The position numbers and the translations under genes were made by a program. A stretch of 37,259 bases of DNA from Priapulus caudatus (lineage: Eukaryota). The stretch spans positions 596,396-633,654 of the forward strand of contig NW_014577092.1 in NCBI RefSeq assembly GCF_000485595.1, in the 5' to 3' direction. Under the pieces are notes generated by a model. That model did not search any database. It was not told the origin of the DNA and was given only the letters and a program-made list of their open reading frames with translations. Below are positions 1 through 11,961 of this stretch, piece after piece. How positions within the stretch are numbered: the stretch's first letter is position 1; each line of letters opens with the position of its first letter.

Positions 1-66
1 AAATTTGGGGAAGAGTAAAATAGCTACAAAACATTGATGAGCGCACCTATGCATCCTACGCAGATC

Positions 67-201
67 ATGCAAGAGACTCGGGCCACTGTTGCCTGGCTAC
101 TACTGCTGCTGCTCGGACTGACGGTGCTTGATCACGCACAAAGCCGGGCTGCCGTCGACCGCTGCCACACGCTGCCCTCCACACTACGCATGAAGAAGCA
201 G
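67..201 (+). CDS. pburs: Bursicon beta (partner of bursicon), exon 1: signal peptide and first Cys
   Basis: MQETRATVAWLLLLLLGLTVLDHAQSRAAVDRCHTLPSTLRMKKQ has a hydrophobic signal peptide and CxTLPS like the CETL.S of bursicon beta. It ends at CAG|GTACAC (donor 202, phase 0). In-frame upstream ATGs (37, 49) exist, but 67 best fits a signal peptide. Confidence 0.88.
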
Positions 202-1125
202 GTACACGCACGCGATGTGACGTCAGACGCTACGCGATGTATGTGAGGCGCTGCCAGCTACTATATAACAACTACCGGTACTTATTAATCGTTAGGATTT
301 CCGCCGGAGGGACAAGTGGAAATGTAAAATTGCTCAAGTGGGATTGGTGGAAAAAACAGTACTGGATGAACTTTTAGAGATTTTTTTTATATGATCAGAA
401 ATTATAATTCGTAAATTTCTATGAATAGAATTACGGGTAATTTAAGTACCCATATAGCGCCCTATGGCATCGGACGGGCATGAATGGAGTGGAGTTATGT
501 TAAAACACGGCATGCATGCAAATAGCGATAAATAACAAAGACGTGACATTGGCACGTGATACCCTTCCCATCCACCTCCTTTACCTCCCTGTCATCCCTC
601 TACGCTCTCCACCTACGTTTTCGCTTCTAGATGCGATATGATGCAGAAGACAATAGTGTGGGAAGAAGAGGGCGGAAAATATATCGCACTATTATTGTGT
701 GATGAATTAGGTGACGAATTAGGGGACGAATTAAGTGACGAAATAAGGTGACGAATGGCAAGATAACACACCAGGAGGCGGAGGACGAATTGGAGAATTT
801 ACCAGCGCAGAAAGGAAATAGACGCCAAAAAGATGGTAGAAAGATGGATGAGAAGAAGATGGAGGAGAAGAATGAGGAGGATGAGGAGGATGAGGAGGAG
901 GAGGATGAGGAGGAAAAAAGCGAGGGGAATGTCCCTCTGTAGAATGAGCATAAACAGAAAGACATAATGCTAGAAGGATTGATTAAGAGGAGGGAGAAGG
1001 TTGAAGAGGAGGGAGGAGGAGAAGAACGGGGAAGGGGATCGAGGAGAATATCTCGAGATTGCAAGCAGAGAGGAAGAATATCGCTCGCGTCGATAACATT
1101 CACAGGTAATGCTTACCTGTTGCAG

Positions 1126-1248
1126 GTCGTCAACGAGGAAGGCAAGCATATTAAGACGTGCGTTGACACGGTGGCGGTGAGTAAGTGCGAGGGCAATTGC
1201 CGCTCGCAGGAATCGCCCAGCGTAATGGCCACGTCCGGATTTCTGAAG
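1126..1248 (+). CDS. pburs: Bursicon beta exon 2
   Basis: Acceptor tgttgcag|, translation VVNEEGKHIKTCVDTVAVSKCEGNCRSQESPSVMATSGFLK, donor AAG|GTAAAC. It matches the bursicon-beta pattern TC..dV.V.KCEG.C.SQ..PSV...GFLK. Confidence 0.95.
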
Positions 1249-1661
1249 GTAAACAAGGACTCGGTGCGCGCGGCGTAATCCCAATTTATACACGGCTCCT
1301 GCTCGAGAGGCGAGATATGCTGCGAGCTATATAGTACGTGTGCGCTAATGATCGCATGAACTATACGTTCGATACGCAATGATGATTTACAAGTGAGACA
1401 GCGCGAAGAGAGAAAGACGGGAGAATAGCGAAAGAAAGGGAGAGGGGGGATGGAGAGTGATAGAGACAGGGGTGGATGATGAGTAAAAGAGATCGGGCGA
1501 TGGCGAGAGACAGACAGAGAGAAAGAGTGAGAGAGAAAAATAGAAAAAAGGGAGAAAGAACGTGAAATTGAATGCAAAAGCGAGAGTTAGCGATAAGGGA
1601 ACCTGGATAGCGAGGGAAAGGAGATGATAGTTAAGAGAGGGAAGAGAATAGAAGAGAAAGC

Positions 1662-1664
<3 letters not shown>

Positions 1665-1751
<87 letters not shown>
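1665..1751. repeat. (AT)n/(AG)n microsatellite in bursicon intron 2
   Basis: Direct reading of the sequence. Confidence 0.95.
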
Positions 1752-1888
1752 CAAATGAAGAGAGGGGAAGAAGAGAAGGGAGAGGGGGAGCAATATAGAT
1801 AAACATAGTCCGCGTGTTTTGCTATGCTATTTTAAACGAGACACATTTCCATAAAACGGAATTACTTTACTTGCCTCTCTCGTTCCAG

Positions 1889-2056
1889 TCATGCCGCTGC
1901 TGCCGGGAAGAGCAACTGAGTGAAAAAGTTGTTCGGCTAAGGAACTGTTACATCCCGATAACGGGAGAGCTCATAAAAAGCCCGTTAGAAGTCGCCACGC
2001 ACGACGTGGTCATCTACGAGCCGACTGGGTGCAAGTGCTTCCGCTGCCTTTCATGA
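1889..2056 (+). CDS. pburs: Bursicon beta exon 3 (terminal)
   Basis: Acceptor ctctcgttccag|, translation SCRCCREEQLSEKVVRLRNCY...EPTGCKCFRCLS*. It carries the CxCCRE and EP..CKCF.C motifs. The spliced total is 45+41+55=141 aa with 11 Cys, as expected for bursicon subunits. Confidence 0.95.
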   Translation, partial: SCRCCREEQLSEKVVRLRNCYIPITGELIKSPLEVATHDVVIYEPTGCKCFRCLS

Positions 2057-2426
2057 ATGTGCACCGACGATCTCGGATCGACTATGAATGCGCTTTGATA
2101 GCAGTGGCTAATGTTGATAAAAATGGCGGTGAAGTGTTGACGTGCACATAACGCGTACGCTGGCATATACGGGTGCGTATACGCCCTCTAAATGTCAGTG
2201 CACAGAACCACTGCCGTGGAGCGGTAATATATAGTTTCATAATAATAGTATCCTAATAATAGTTTCATAATAATAATAATAGTTTCATAATTTTAGCAAG
2301 AGAAAGTGCAATTATATTCGACAGAGCTGTACCTGCCACAACAGAGTGACGCACGAGTACGTCAAATGAAATGCTTGCTCTTCGGCCTACAAGTACTCAA
2401 AACGTTTCAATAATAATATGATGGCA

Positions 2427-2432
2427 AATAAA
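2427..2432 (+). promoter_or_regulatory. Candidate polyadenylation signal of bursicon beta
   Basis: AATAAA about 370 nt after the stop, followed by T-rich sequence. Confidence 0.45.
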
Positions 2433-2871
2433 CACAAGCTTTACTACCAAAGTCTTAATGTTTATCTACTCTCTTTCGCCTATTGTTACTGATAATTTTC
2501 GGTAAATGCCCTTCAAATGCTACTCTGCAACACACAAGTACACCGCAAAGTAAAAGGCTCTAAAATGAAGAGTTGTCGAGGGGTGAACATGGCGAAAACT
2601 TACGCGTAGATAACGAGGTTTTGATATGCGATATTCGCATCTCGACGTCTGCTCGAGTTTAATATTTATCGTTCGCATTCAAGATCGCCAGACGGTAAAA
2701 AAATGTAGAAAGCTCGCAAAATTATCACATTTTCTCGTTTATCTGACCGCCGAGCGCCCGATGACAGCTGTTGCACTAATAACCGCCTTAATATTGATTG
2801 CATCGCGCCGCACATATATGACATATATACGTCTATATACTATCTATCTATATATTCTCTCTCTCTCTCTC

Positions 2872-2917
<46 letters not shown>

Positions 2918-3356
2918 CATATATGCGTGTATAGAAACCGGTATATATGATCGAGAGGAAAATAGATTTGCTTCGTAGTTATGTCTCGTATTTATACGCG
3001 AGTCTCAGAGCGATTAACCATGTAGTGTTGGGAGAGCGAGAAGTAATTTATCAGGGGCAGTGAATTTATTCGAAGAGAGAACACGCATGCATGTATAGGC
3101 AAGAGCCCTTCAACTATAGTGGACGTAATTACGACACAAGCTGATTGTGATTTATAATTTGTGTTTTATTTCGTAATAAACGATTCGTGCGTGTGATATC
3201 TACATCACTAGTTCAAATTTATTGTGCATGGTCGCTTCTTTTACCTCTCACTAAAATCATATTCTCGCACGCACGTGCCCGGAGGCCAGCGATAGTTGCA
3301 AGGGCGAGAGAACCTAATAGACACCCCTACAGGGACAAAGCCGAAACAATTGCATG

Positions 3357-3986
3357 TGTAATGAAGCTAATTCAGCCATAGATAGATACTTAATTATAAG
3401 AATTTACACCGGCAGATTCGGTGACAGGGACTTGCCTCGGGCGACTAATCAGTCACCCGGCTCATTAGTGCCAAGGCACTAGGACAGTGGTCACTCTCTC
3501 CCCCTATCGAAAGTTGTGAAAGCAATAAGCCAAACGCCAAACGCGTGACTTACTTAATGATATAAAAAGGTCCACTTTAGAACAGAAAGGCAGAGTCACC
3601 TTCGCCAGATGTGAGTATGGTTAGCTTGCCTTGTCTTATTGTATTTGTGTGTAAACTACTTTGATACGGTGTGTAAACTACTTTGATTTGTGTGTGTAAA
3701 CTACTTTGAAACTGATAAACTACTTTGTACTACGGTTTATTGTACAGTGTATATTGTGCTGTGCTTATTGTTTAGATTACGACCCGTGTACGCGCCATGC
3801 CCCTAGAGGTATTATAATAATTGTATATTACTCGGTAAAAGATTAATAGAACTAATTGTTGCACGTTACCTCTTGTTTCTGTCATACGTTATTCGTCTGT
3901 CTATTAATCGTGCTATCTAATGGTACATCTTGCACGCGCCAAAAGTCACGAACCTGGCCACTATTAACGACACGAGCCTCATTACA
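3357..3986 (+). repeat. 5' LTR (630 bp)
   Basis: TG...CA ends with an 8-bp inverted terminus. TATAAAA at 3561. Internal GTGTGTAAACTACTTTGA-like tandem repeats. Homologous to 11962-12544. Confidence 0.96.
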
Positions 3987-3988
3987 AC

Positions 3989-3999
3989 TGGTGCCGTGA
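3989..3999 (+). promoter_or_regulatory. Primer-binding site complementary to the tRNA-His 3' end
   Basis: TGGTGCCGTGA lies 2 nt after the LTR. It is the reverse complement of ...UCACGGCACCA of eukaryotic tRNA-His(GUG). Confidence 0.85.
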
Positions 4000-4398
4000 A
4001 TATAAGTTTTGGTAAGATAGCATAATTACTAAACAGCTATTGTATGTTGCTAATATATTTTTTTTTGCATCCCTGTATATACTCGGATTATCCATTTACA
4101 ATCTGCATTCGTCACGTGTGAGCGCAAATACGAAATCTACGCTGCCACGAGAAATCACCATGATTTTGTAAGTGCAAATTTATGCCTTTATCGTACTGAT
4201 TGGTTGGTCTGCGGATTGTTTTGCATTGTACGTATTGTAAGGTATATCCCGTAACAGTATTCTATACCCTTTAAGTGTGTAACATTACATTAACGTTTAA
4301 CCATGGCGACTACCCACTCCCTGTTATCATAAACTAACATTGATCGGTCTCTAGACCTCTCGGACGACGAGGCGGAGGTTTCATTTTCTAAATTACCT

Positions 4399-5496
4399 AT
4401 GCAACAGTTAGTCAAGGAGATACAATGGTTATTACTTTATACTTATACTTTGTATCAGGTTATCGAGAGTTTAACGGAACAGATAATACGCCCGTTACCT
4501 TTACTCAGTGGGCCCACAATATTTCACACTTGTTACATATTGGATAAGACAGAAGATAAACGACGTATTAGACTAGCGCTTCACTTACTTAATGGGGAGG
4601 CCGCCAATTTCGCGGCAGAAATTTTAAGCGTTTCTCCTGCTATAACGTGGAAACATTTCTTCGAAATACTAAAACAGCGTTATACAGATGCGCGCGAAGC
4701 ACCGCTTGCTTTTAAAAAATTTAAGAAAGCTAAACAGAGACATTCAGAATCTGTTCAGTCATTTGCGAAAAGGTTAGAACACCTTGGTAAAATGGCATTC
4801 GGTCAATTAAATAATAACGATGCGAGTTTACAACTTAGATTTGTTGATTCTTTTACTGACGGTGGCAGCTCAGACTCTTTAAAGAAAATTTTGGTACGTC
4901 AAAAACCAGCTACATTAAAAAAAGCAGTACAAATTTCTAATGATGAGATGGTTTTGGAAATGGAGGTTAAAATGCGAACGCAGAAGTCGACGGACGTGAC
5001 AGACTTATCCCTTATCTCTGTAACAGAGCCACTCACAATACAGCGACAAATTAATGATATCCAGAAGATTGTAGCAAATTTACAACAGACATACGACAAA
5101 GCTACGCGACCGGACAGACAAACATATCAATATCCACAGCCGCAGCGTAATTATCAAGGTAATAACCGTATACGAGATAACTGGAATCAACGTGAAAATG
5201 TCCCACGCCGCGAAACGTTTACTAATTCACGTCAGCCGTTCATGCCGTCTGTCCACCAACCATATATTTCACGTTACCCCTCTCGGTTTAATTATCCGTC
5301 TCAAGGACAAACTCAACAACCATTAAGTGCCCCGAGACGAGATACCAAATTTCTCTATACGTCAACGGGAATACCAATATGTGCGCTTTGTAATTCCCCA
5401 GGTCACTTATGGGCAAACTGTCCACGGCCGCAACCATTTCGTTTGTCGGTAAATGCCGGTACCAGTTTCCGCCAGGCGAGACGATCAGATCGGTGA
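4399..5496 (+). CDS. gag: Gypsy Gag (capsid-like plus CCHC nucleocapsid); true 5' end probably disrupted
   Basis: 365-aa ORF with a Q...ESVQSFAKRL MHR-like motif, P.TL..AV..S, a Q/N/P-rich linker and the zinc knuckle CALCNSPGHLWANC (CX2CX4HX4C). An upstream ATG at 4303 hits an early stop. Confidence 0.9.
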   Translation: MQQLVKEIQWLLLYTYTLYQVIESLTEQIIRPLPLLSGPTIFHTCYILDKTEDKRRIRLALHLLNGEAANFAAEILSVSPAITWKHFFEILKQRYTDAREAPLAFKKFKKAKQRHSESVQSFAKRLEHLGKMAFGQLNNNDASLQLRFVDSFTDGGSSDSLKKILVRQKPATLKKAVQISNDEMVLEMEVKMRTQKSTDVTDLSLISVTEPLTIQRQINDIQKIVANLQQTYDKATRPDRQTYQYPQPQRNYQGNNRIRDNWNQRENVPRRETFTNSRQPFMPSVHQPYISRYPSRFNYPSQGQTQQPLSAPRRDTKFLYTSTGIPICALCNSPGHLWANCPRPQPFRLSVNAGTSFRQARRSDR

Positions 5497-8400
5497 ATCT
5501 CACACTAGCATCTCACTCGCATTTAAAGAAAACTATACCTAATACACTTCCGAGTACGACAAACGCTAATATTATACCTATGTGCGTTGCGTCACTCACC
5601 GAGACAGAAATTCATGCACTTATAGATTCGGGTTTGGCAGTTTTCCTTATGAATTAATTATTTTAGCAATGATTAAAATCAAAATTTATACACACCTTCT
5701 CGTCAGCGCATACTCAAATTTTGCGATCTGCTAGTGGCAGAGATATATTTGTTCTCGGTAAAACGGTTCTGCCTATTTCGATTGCTAATCTAACAGTTAA
5801 CCATACATTCTTCATAGTACGCGACCTTTATCAAACCGTTTTACTGGGATTTGACTTCCTCCAATGCCATAGGGTTATATTAAATTGTGCGCAGTGACTT
5901 TTGATAATAAATAATTCCGCCATACCTATCTTAGACTCAAAGGCGGCCCAAACATTCATTGTTACCACCTCGATTAACATTCCAGCGAATTCTACACGTA
6001 TGTGTACCGGTCATTTGCAACAACCAAAGACTAAAACTATTTCTTCATATAGAAAGCAGACAGTAGCAACCACGACACAAATTCCTTTGTATAATGCGAC
6101 ACTAACGAACTCATTTCTAGAACAAGGTACCAAATTATCCTTGTACTCACCAAATCGCTCAAATGACAAAGCGCCCTATATACAGCGTATAGCGTCGACA
6201 CATGCATTCGCACATACACGTGTATACCGTAATTACCCTCCACGCACATGTTCATAAACACCTATACAAATTCCCACTAGGTCATACATTCCATAGGTTG
6301 CATCAGTCACAACGTCGCAAGATGCAAATGACATGCCTGCGGCTAAACAGTCTGAAACACAAACTAAGAAAATAGCAGTCACTTGGTCAAGCTAACCTAT
6401 TTACCTAAGACTCAGCGTAACGAGATAGAACAATTAATTACAGCTAATCGGGATTTATTTGAAAACTCCGATTATGAGCTTGGGTCCACTCATCTTGTTC
6501 AAATTCTTGTTCATCTTGTGGAAATTCAAACTCAGCAAAATGCCCCTGTGAAACAAGCTCCTTATAGAACTCCCTTACTGTATTGAAGGAAAATGGCTGA
6601 GCACTTCGAGAAATTATTACGAGCAGGTATTGTGGAGGAAGGAACATCAGATTGGTCGTTCCCTTGTTTTCTGGTTAAGAAACGCGATAATCCTACGGGC
6701 CGCTTAGTCATAGATTTTCACTGTTTAAATGCACTAACAACTAAAATTTCATACCCTTTGCCACGTATACAAGATATTTCTTATCATGTTTAGGTAAATC
6801 TCAAAACTACACGACTTTATATTTAAAAAGCGGATATTTGAAGATCCTGGATGCCGAGGATAAGCTAAAAACGTGTACTGTAACGTGTACTAATTCTGAA
6901 ATTTGGAACTACCTACCTCTCGGGTTGTCAGGAGCGTCTGGTGCATTTCAAAAACGTTTACATTCTGTTTTAAAAGGATTATTAAATGTTTGTGCTACGC
7001 CCTATATCGACGACATCGTAGTGTTATCCCCAACATTTTCGTAACATTTGAAAGAGATTCAAACTGTTTTTGATTGATTAAGACAGGCTGGTTTAAAATT
7101 CAATCTATTAAAATGCAACTTTATAAAGCAGAGCGTACGTTACCTGGGTCATGTTATATCACCCCAAGTGATCAAGCCGGACCCAGAAATGATTGAAACC
7201 ATTAAAAACTTAAAATCATTCGCCACCATAAAACAAGTAAGATTGTTTCTCGGGATGGCTTCATATTATCGAGCACACATAATAGATTTTTCTAAAATAG
7301 CAATGCCATTAACTATGTTAACGAAGAAACACGCAAAATTTATGTGGGGTGAACAGGCGGAACTAGCATTCCAACACTTAAAAGCTTCACTGATATCAGC
7401 TCCGATTCTCGCGTACCCAGATATACATAAACCGTATAAGCTATATACCGATGCGAGTAATCACGCGGTAGGCGCGGTACTAGTCCAAGATAATTTCCAG
7501 GGCCAAGAAATTGTTATATACTATCTTAGCCATTAATTAACCCCTACACAATGTTGTTGGTCGGCAACTGACCGTGTAACCTAAGCATTAATTTGCACCT
7601 TGCAGAAGCTTAGACATTATTTAGCCAGAGCTTGTTTCAGTGTCTAGAGTTCATTCTAAAAAGTCCAACATTGAAAAATCCCCGGTTATTACGTTGGGCA
7701 ATGATAATCAGCGAATTTTAGCCGTTTATACAGTATACGTCAGGTAAATTCATTCCACATGCTGATCACCCATCAAGGCTCACTAATCACGCGACTCAAA
7801 TAGAGGAAGGACAGACAATGGACTCACACGGAATGCAATCCAAAGGACCGATCACCCCAGTAGACAACATGCGACAGCTAGCGCAGGTAAACAACGCTTT
7901 GGAACCAACTCCCATCAATTATATTCTACAAAGTGAAAGTGAGTTGGACAGCGACGAGGACACACGCCCGCCGGCACTATCTTTATAAGCAATCAAGGCT
8001 CACCAAGAGAGCGACCCCACGATCTATCTAATACGCACCACGCTCACATCTCAAGCTACAACTATCAAGGATCTAAAGATATTATCGTCATACTTCATCG
8101 ATAAGCATGACTTAGTCTATCATATCCCACATTTGGTAAAAGAAGGAGAGGTCGAAGTGCATCTAGTTATCCCCGATAAATCTTTTACAGCAATTATAGC
8201 AGCACATCACGACAATAAACTCGGCGCACATTTTGGATTCGCAAGAACTTATAATACCATACGTCAACGATACTTCTGGAGCAAGATGTATGTTACCATT
8301 AAGGAGTATATTAACAAATGTATCGTATGTAAATCAAAGAAACTAACCCATGTACTTTTGCCCCTCAGCGCAGCTCCGATTCCAAATGCACCTTTCGAAA

Positions 8401-9453
8401 TTTTATCCGTCGATACTGTTGAGTACCCTATCAAACCACGTGGCAATAGATACATTATTCATTTTCACAACCAACTAACACAATGGGCGGAATGTTTTCC
8501 AGTAAAAAATAAATCGGCAGCGACGAGATACTACAAAAGATTCTATTTTCAGATAACGGGAAAGAATAGGTAAATGCACTTATGACTAAACTAACAACAC
8601 ATTTTAAAATAAAAGCTGTAAAATGTGCTCCATACCACCCAGCTTCTAACGCCTCATGCAAACGCTTCCATCGAGTTATGAATTCGTTTATCGCAAAGTA
8701 TGTCGACCCAGCACAGAATAATTGGGACCTATTACTCCCCTCTTTATTGGCGGCATATCATATGCAACTACACAGCATTCACATTTTTATCTTTTATACT
8801 CTAGGCCCCCTGTATTTCCCCTTGATAACGTCTTATTACCTAGACGTAAAGATTATGATGAGGACTCCTTTACGCAGAACATGGAACGATTTCATCAGGC
8901 GTATCCACATCTGAAGGAGGCAACAAGAAAGGTCAGCAAAAGAAATAAGAGGCTCTACAATAGGAAAGTTAGGGCACACGAATTCAAGGTTGGAGATGCT
9001 GTATATTACCACGATTCAACACTGAAGCCAGACACAACTCCGAAGCTAGCATCTCCTTTGAAACCGCATTTCACCGTTATTAAAGTCATAACGCCCAAGA
9101 AATGTTTGCTGCAACACGAGACACCAAGACGCGAGATAACAGCGCATGTCGACAACCTCCGCGCAGCTCACCCATATTTACGTTGAGATCAGCCCAATAA
9201 AGAAACCAAGGAACAACAAGAGCAACAGCCGCAGGAAAAACATACGAGAAAGCAGCCATTGCGATTAGCAATGCGCGCCTACCCGGCAGCGAGCTCATCC
9301 GTGGATAGCTCCACCGATGATACAGACGATGAGCACCTACAGGAGCAAGCATCGTTTGACAATGACTTTAGCGAGGGTGACCTCATACCATTAGCAAGAT
9401 TATTGCTGGGACACTCCATCAAGGAAGCCGCTTATTCGACTTCCGCTGAATAA
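5409..9453 (+). pseudogene. pol: Gypsy pol (protease, RT, RNase H, integrase) broken by stops and frameshifts
   Basis: Protease ALIDSG. RT PVKQAPYR, WSFPCFLVKK, RLVIDF, YPLPRIQD, YIDDIVV. RNase H LYTDASNHAVGAVLVQ. Integrase zinc finger HHD..GAHFG...CIVC, core PYHPASN, and GPY/F-like FKVGDAVY. The C-terminal acidic tail 9259-9453 is in frame past a TGA at 9184. Confidence 0.95.
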
Positions 9454-10623
9454 AAACAGTTTAAATAAACGGGACTCAATTCGCGTCGAACAACCAAGTG
9501 CCTTGGTAGGAGTGCAGGTCTACCAGGTTGCTGAAGCCTTGCAACGAGCTCAAAGTAGTAATTCGATCAGCTACTAATGATATTTCTGTCATAAACCACT
9601 CTTATACACACACAACAACAACCTGTGTTTGCGCAGCGTAGAATGAGTACTGTAGGTTGTATCAAACACTGAGAGTTCATAGCACCTCGTTATTTTAGTC
9701 TTTGTTTATTTTTTATTATTTTGTTTTATTCTTTCCAGCCGTACTACAGTACTACAGCAGAATTACTATATTGAACACGCAGATATATTATATCAGGGAT
9801 TTAACTGATTATTCGTTAGCATTATTTTTAAAGCACGACCGATAAGTGCAATAACATTGTCAACGCAGAGTTCATCTCTTGTTTCATCCTAAACATAAAT
9901 CTTATATCGGGAACGATAATTGGGTAATCTCGCTGATAAAATTTTTTTGCTACCCAACTATATAGCACCAAGCAACCCAACCACTAACCCCCCCCCACAC
10001 ATTGCACATTCCAGATCAAACTATGTTGTAAAATGATGCGCATAACTGATTTGGTATTCAATAACGGCATGATTTCAATTTCCTATTTAAGCTCACAGTA
10101 CAACGTGTTATAATTTTATATCATTATTTTATTTGTGTTTATTTTTTAAACGTATTATAGTTTATGTTACGCTTTCATTTCTGTTCAATTGGATTTTCGT
10201 TTTTTATCTATGTTTTTTTACGTGTATATTACTTTACTTTATATTTTCTTGTTTTGTAACTACATAATTACGATTTCTTATACATGTGGAACTTGTTCAA
10301 ATGCTTTGTTATATCACCTTCAATTTTGTTTTTTCGATTTTTTGTTTACAGTATTCACGATTAGTGAGTAATCCTATTTTTGTGAGTTTTAAACAGCATT
10401 TCCGTCTCGTCACTACTTGTGCTAACACCGTTGATTCAAACTACAACAAATACGACCATACTCAATCGATTCTAACTGTGGAAAACATCTCCAGCATCAG
10501 CCACTACGTTGCTCTTGAGTATTGTCCATATGACTCCCTACCTCGCATCGTGCGCTGCATTATAACGCTCACGATGTCTAATCGTTTCTACTCTTCCACC
10601 AAGTCCTTACCACAGCAACAACT

Positions 10624-11379
10624 ATGGAAAAGAATCTTGTCGTCTCACCTGCCGAGATGGCCATGATCTCCACCGCCCTAGAGGCAGCCAACGCAGCAGC
10701 CACTCTTGCGAGGAGTGGCACCCGCCAAGGAGAGAAGCCATCGCAAGAGGCAGTGACAAGGGCTCACACCTACACCAACCTCGTGTGGAAGGCGATTGAC
10801 TCCACCTTCTATTCCACAGCGCGGGGGAATGCCAGAAACACCGTCAGCACTATCGTTCCTAAAACTCCCTCGACTGACACCCTAGAGACCGTTTCCGTTG
10901 CCGACATCACCGTCGCCGACATCACTGTCGCCGACATCACCGTCGCCGACATCACTGTCGCCGACATCACCGTCGCCGACATCACCACCGCCACCGCCAC
11001 CATCCACCTCGACGTCGCCACTGACACCACCCCGACCATCAGGACCGACTCAACCCGCCAGTGTCAGCAGAGCCGACTCTTCAAGATTGCCGACTGCCGC
11101 CGCCGCCGAGCAGCCAGGAAAACACAAGATCCAGGAAGATCAGTACTCGCTGTTTCCCCGATGCCACTTTCCACCCCACCTACCCCTCCCGCAACTCCCT
11201 CACCTCAGTCCCAGATAACCACCCCAGATTATGACTCCTACTATGTTCCCCCCTACCACTACACTACCGACCCATACACGGGTCCCCAACAACGACCCCC
11301 ACCCTCCCCCTTTAGCTTTTCCGGCCGTCGGGACCCGTCCTACACCTGGGACGATTACTACAAGGACATTGAGCATTGA
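10624..11379 (+). CDS. Extra ORF3 in the env position of the Gypsy element, unknown function, with a (VADIT)6 repeat and a Pro/Thr/Tyr-rich C-terminus
   Basis: 251-codon GC-rich ORF between pol and the PPT. 15-bp tandem repeat at 10897-10986. AATAAA at 11673. No signal peptide or TM segment visible. Confidence 0.55.
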   Translation: MEKNLVVSPAEMAMISTALEAANAAATLARSGTRQGEKPSQEAVTRAHTYTNLVWKAIDSTFYSTARGNARNTVSTIVPKTPSTDTLETVSVADITVADITVADITVADITVADITVADITTATATIHLDVATDTTPTIRTDSTRQCQQSRLFKIADCRRRRAARKTQDPGRSVLAVSPMPLSTPPTPPATPSPQSQITTPDYDSYYVPPYHYTTDPYTGPQQRPPPSPFSFSGRRDPSYTWDDYYKDIEH

Positions 11380-11947
11380 CATCGCACAATACCGGATACC
11401 TTGATCTTCTGGAGAAAGGACCTGGAGCAATACATATCCCGGCCACGTCCCTAGGAACACCAACGGCGACGACGACGATAGCACGCCTACTCTAGTGGCC
11501 TCCCATGCCGGCCGATCGACGCAGACGCGCGCCAGCGCAGCAACACCGATCGACGGAACCACACCAGCGCAGCACCACCGATCGACGGAGACGCCCACGG
11601 AGACACCCACAGATCCAGCCACGGAGATGCACCCACGGACAACTGAGGACAACGGACGTCAGACGACGCATTAATAAAGGATTAGTTAAGCTTAGTTATG
11701 TTTTTTTGTAACACTAGTTTTAATTAACATTTTAGCAAGGGTCAGAACACACTATTTACTGAAACAAAAATTCTTAAAAAACAAAACCAAATATAAAATA
11801 TGAAACAAAGAAAAAGAAACATTAAGATAATAAAAATATGCAACGTAGAATTGAGCAACACCTTTTTAATGAAAGATATAGATAAACGTACAAATAATAC
11901 TAACCTTTAAGTTGTTCGCTGTAAAATAACAGCTCACAACTTTTTAT

Positions 11948-11961
11948 AGGTAGCGGGGTAA
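11948..11961 (+). promoter_or_regulatory. Polypurine tract
   Basis: AGGTAGCGGGGTAA immediately 5' of the 3' LTR. Confidence 0.75.

Noticed and set aside
627..1103. Acidic/Ser-rich ORFs (627-1103 -, 748-942 +)
   Set aside because: Purine-rich (GAG)n low-complexity sequence inside bursicon intron 1.
10624..11379. Env gene / errantivirus call
   Set aside because: No signal peptide, furin cleavage site, fusion peptide or transmembrane anchor is visible.
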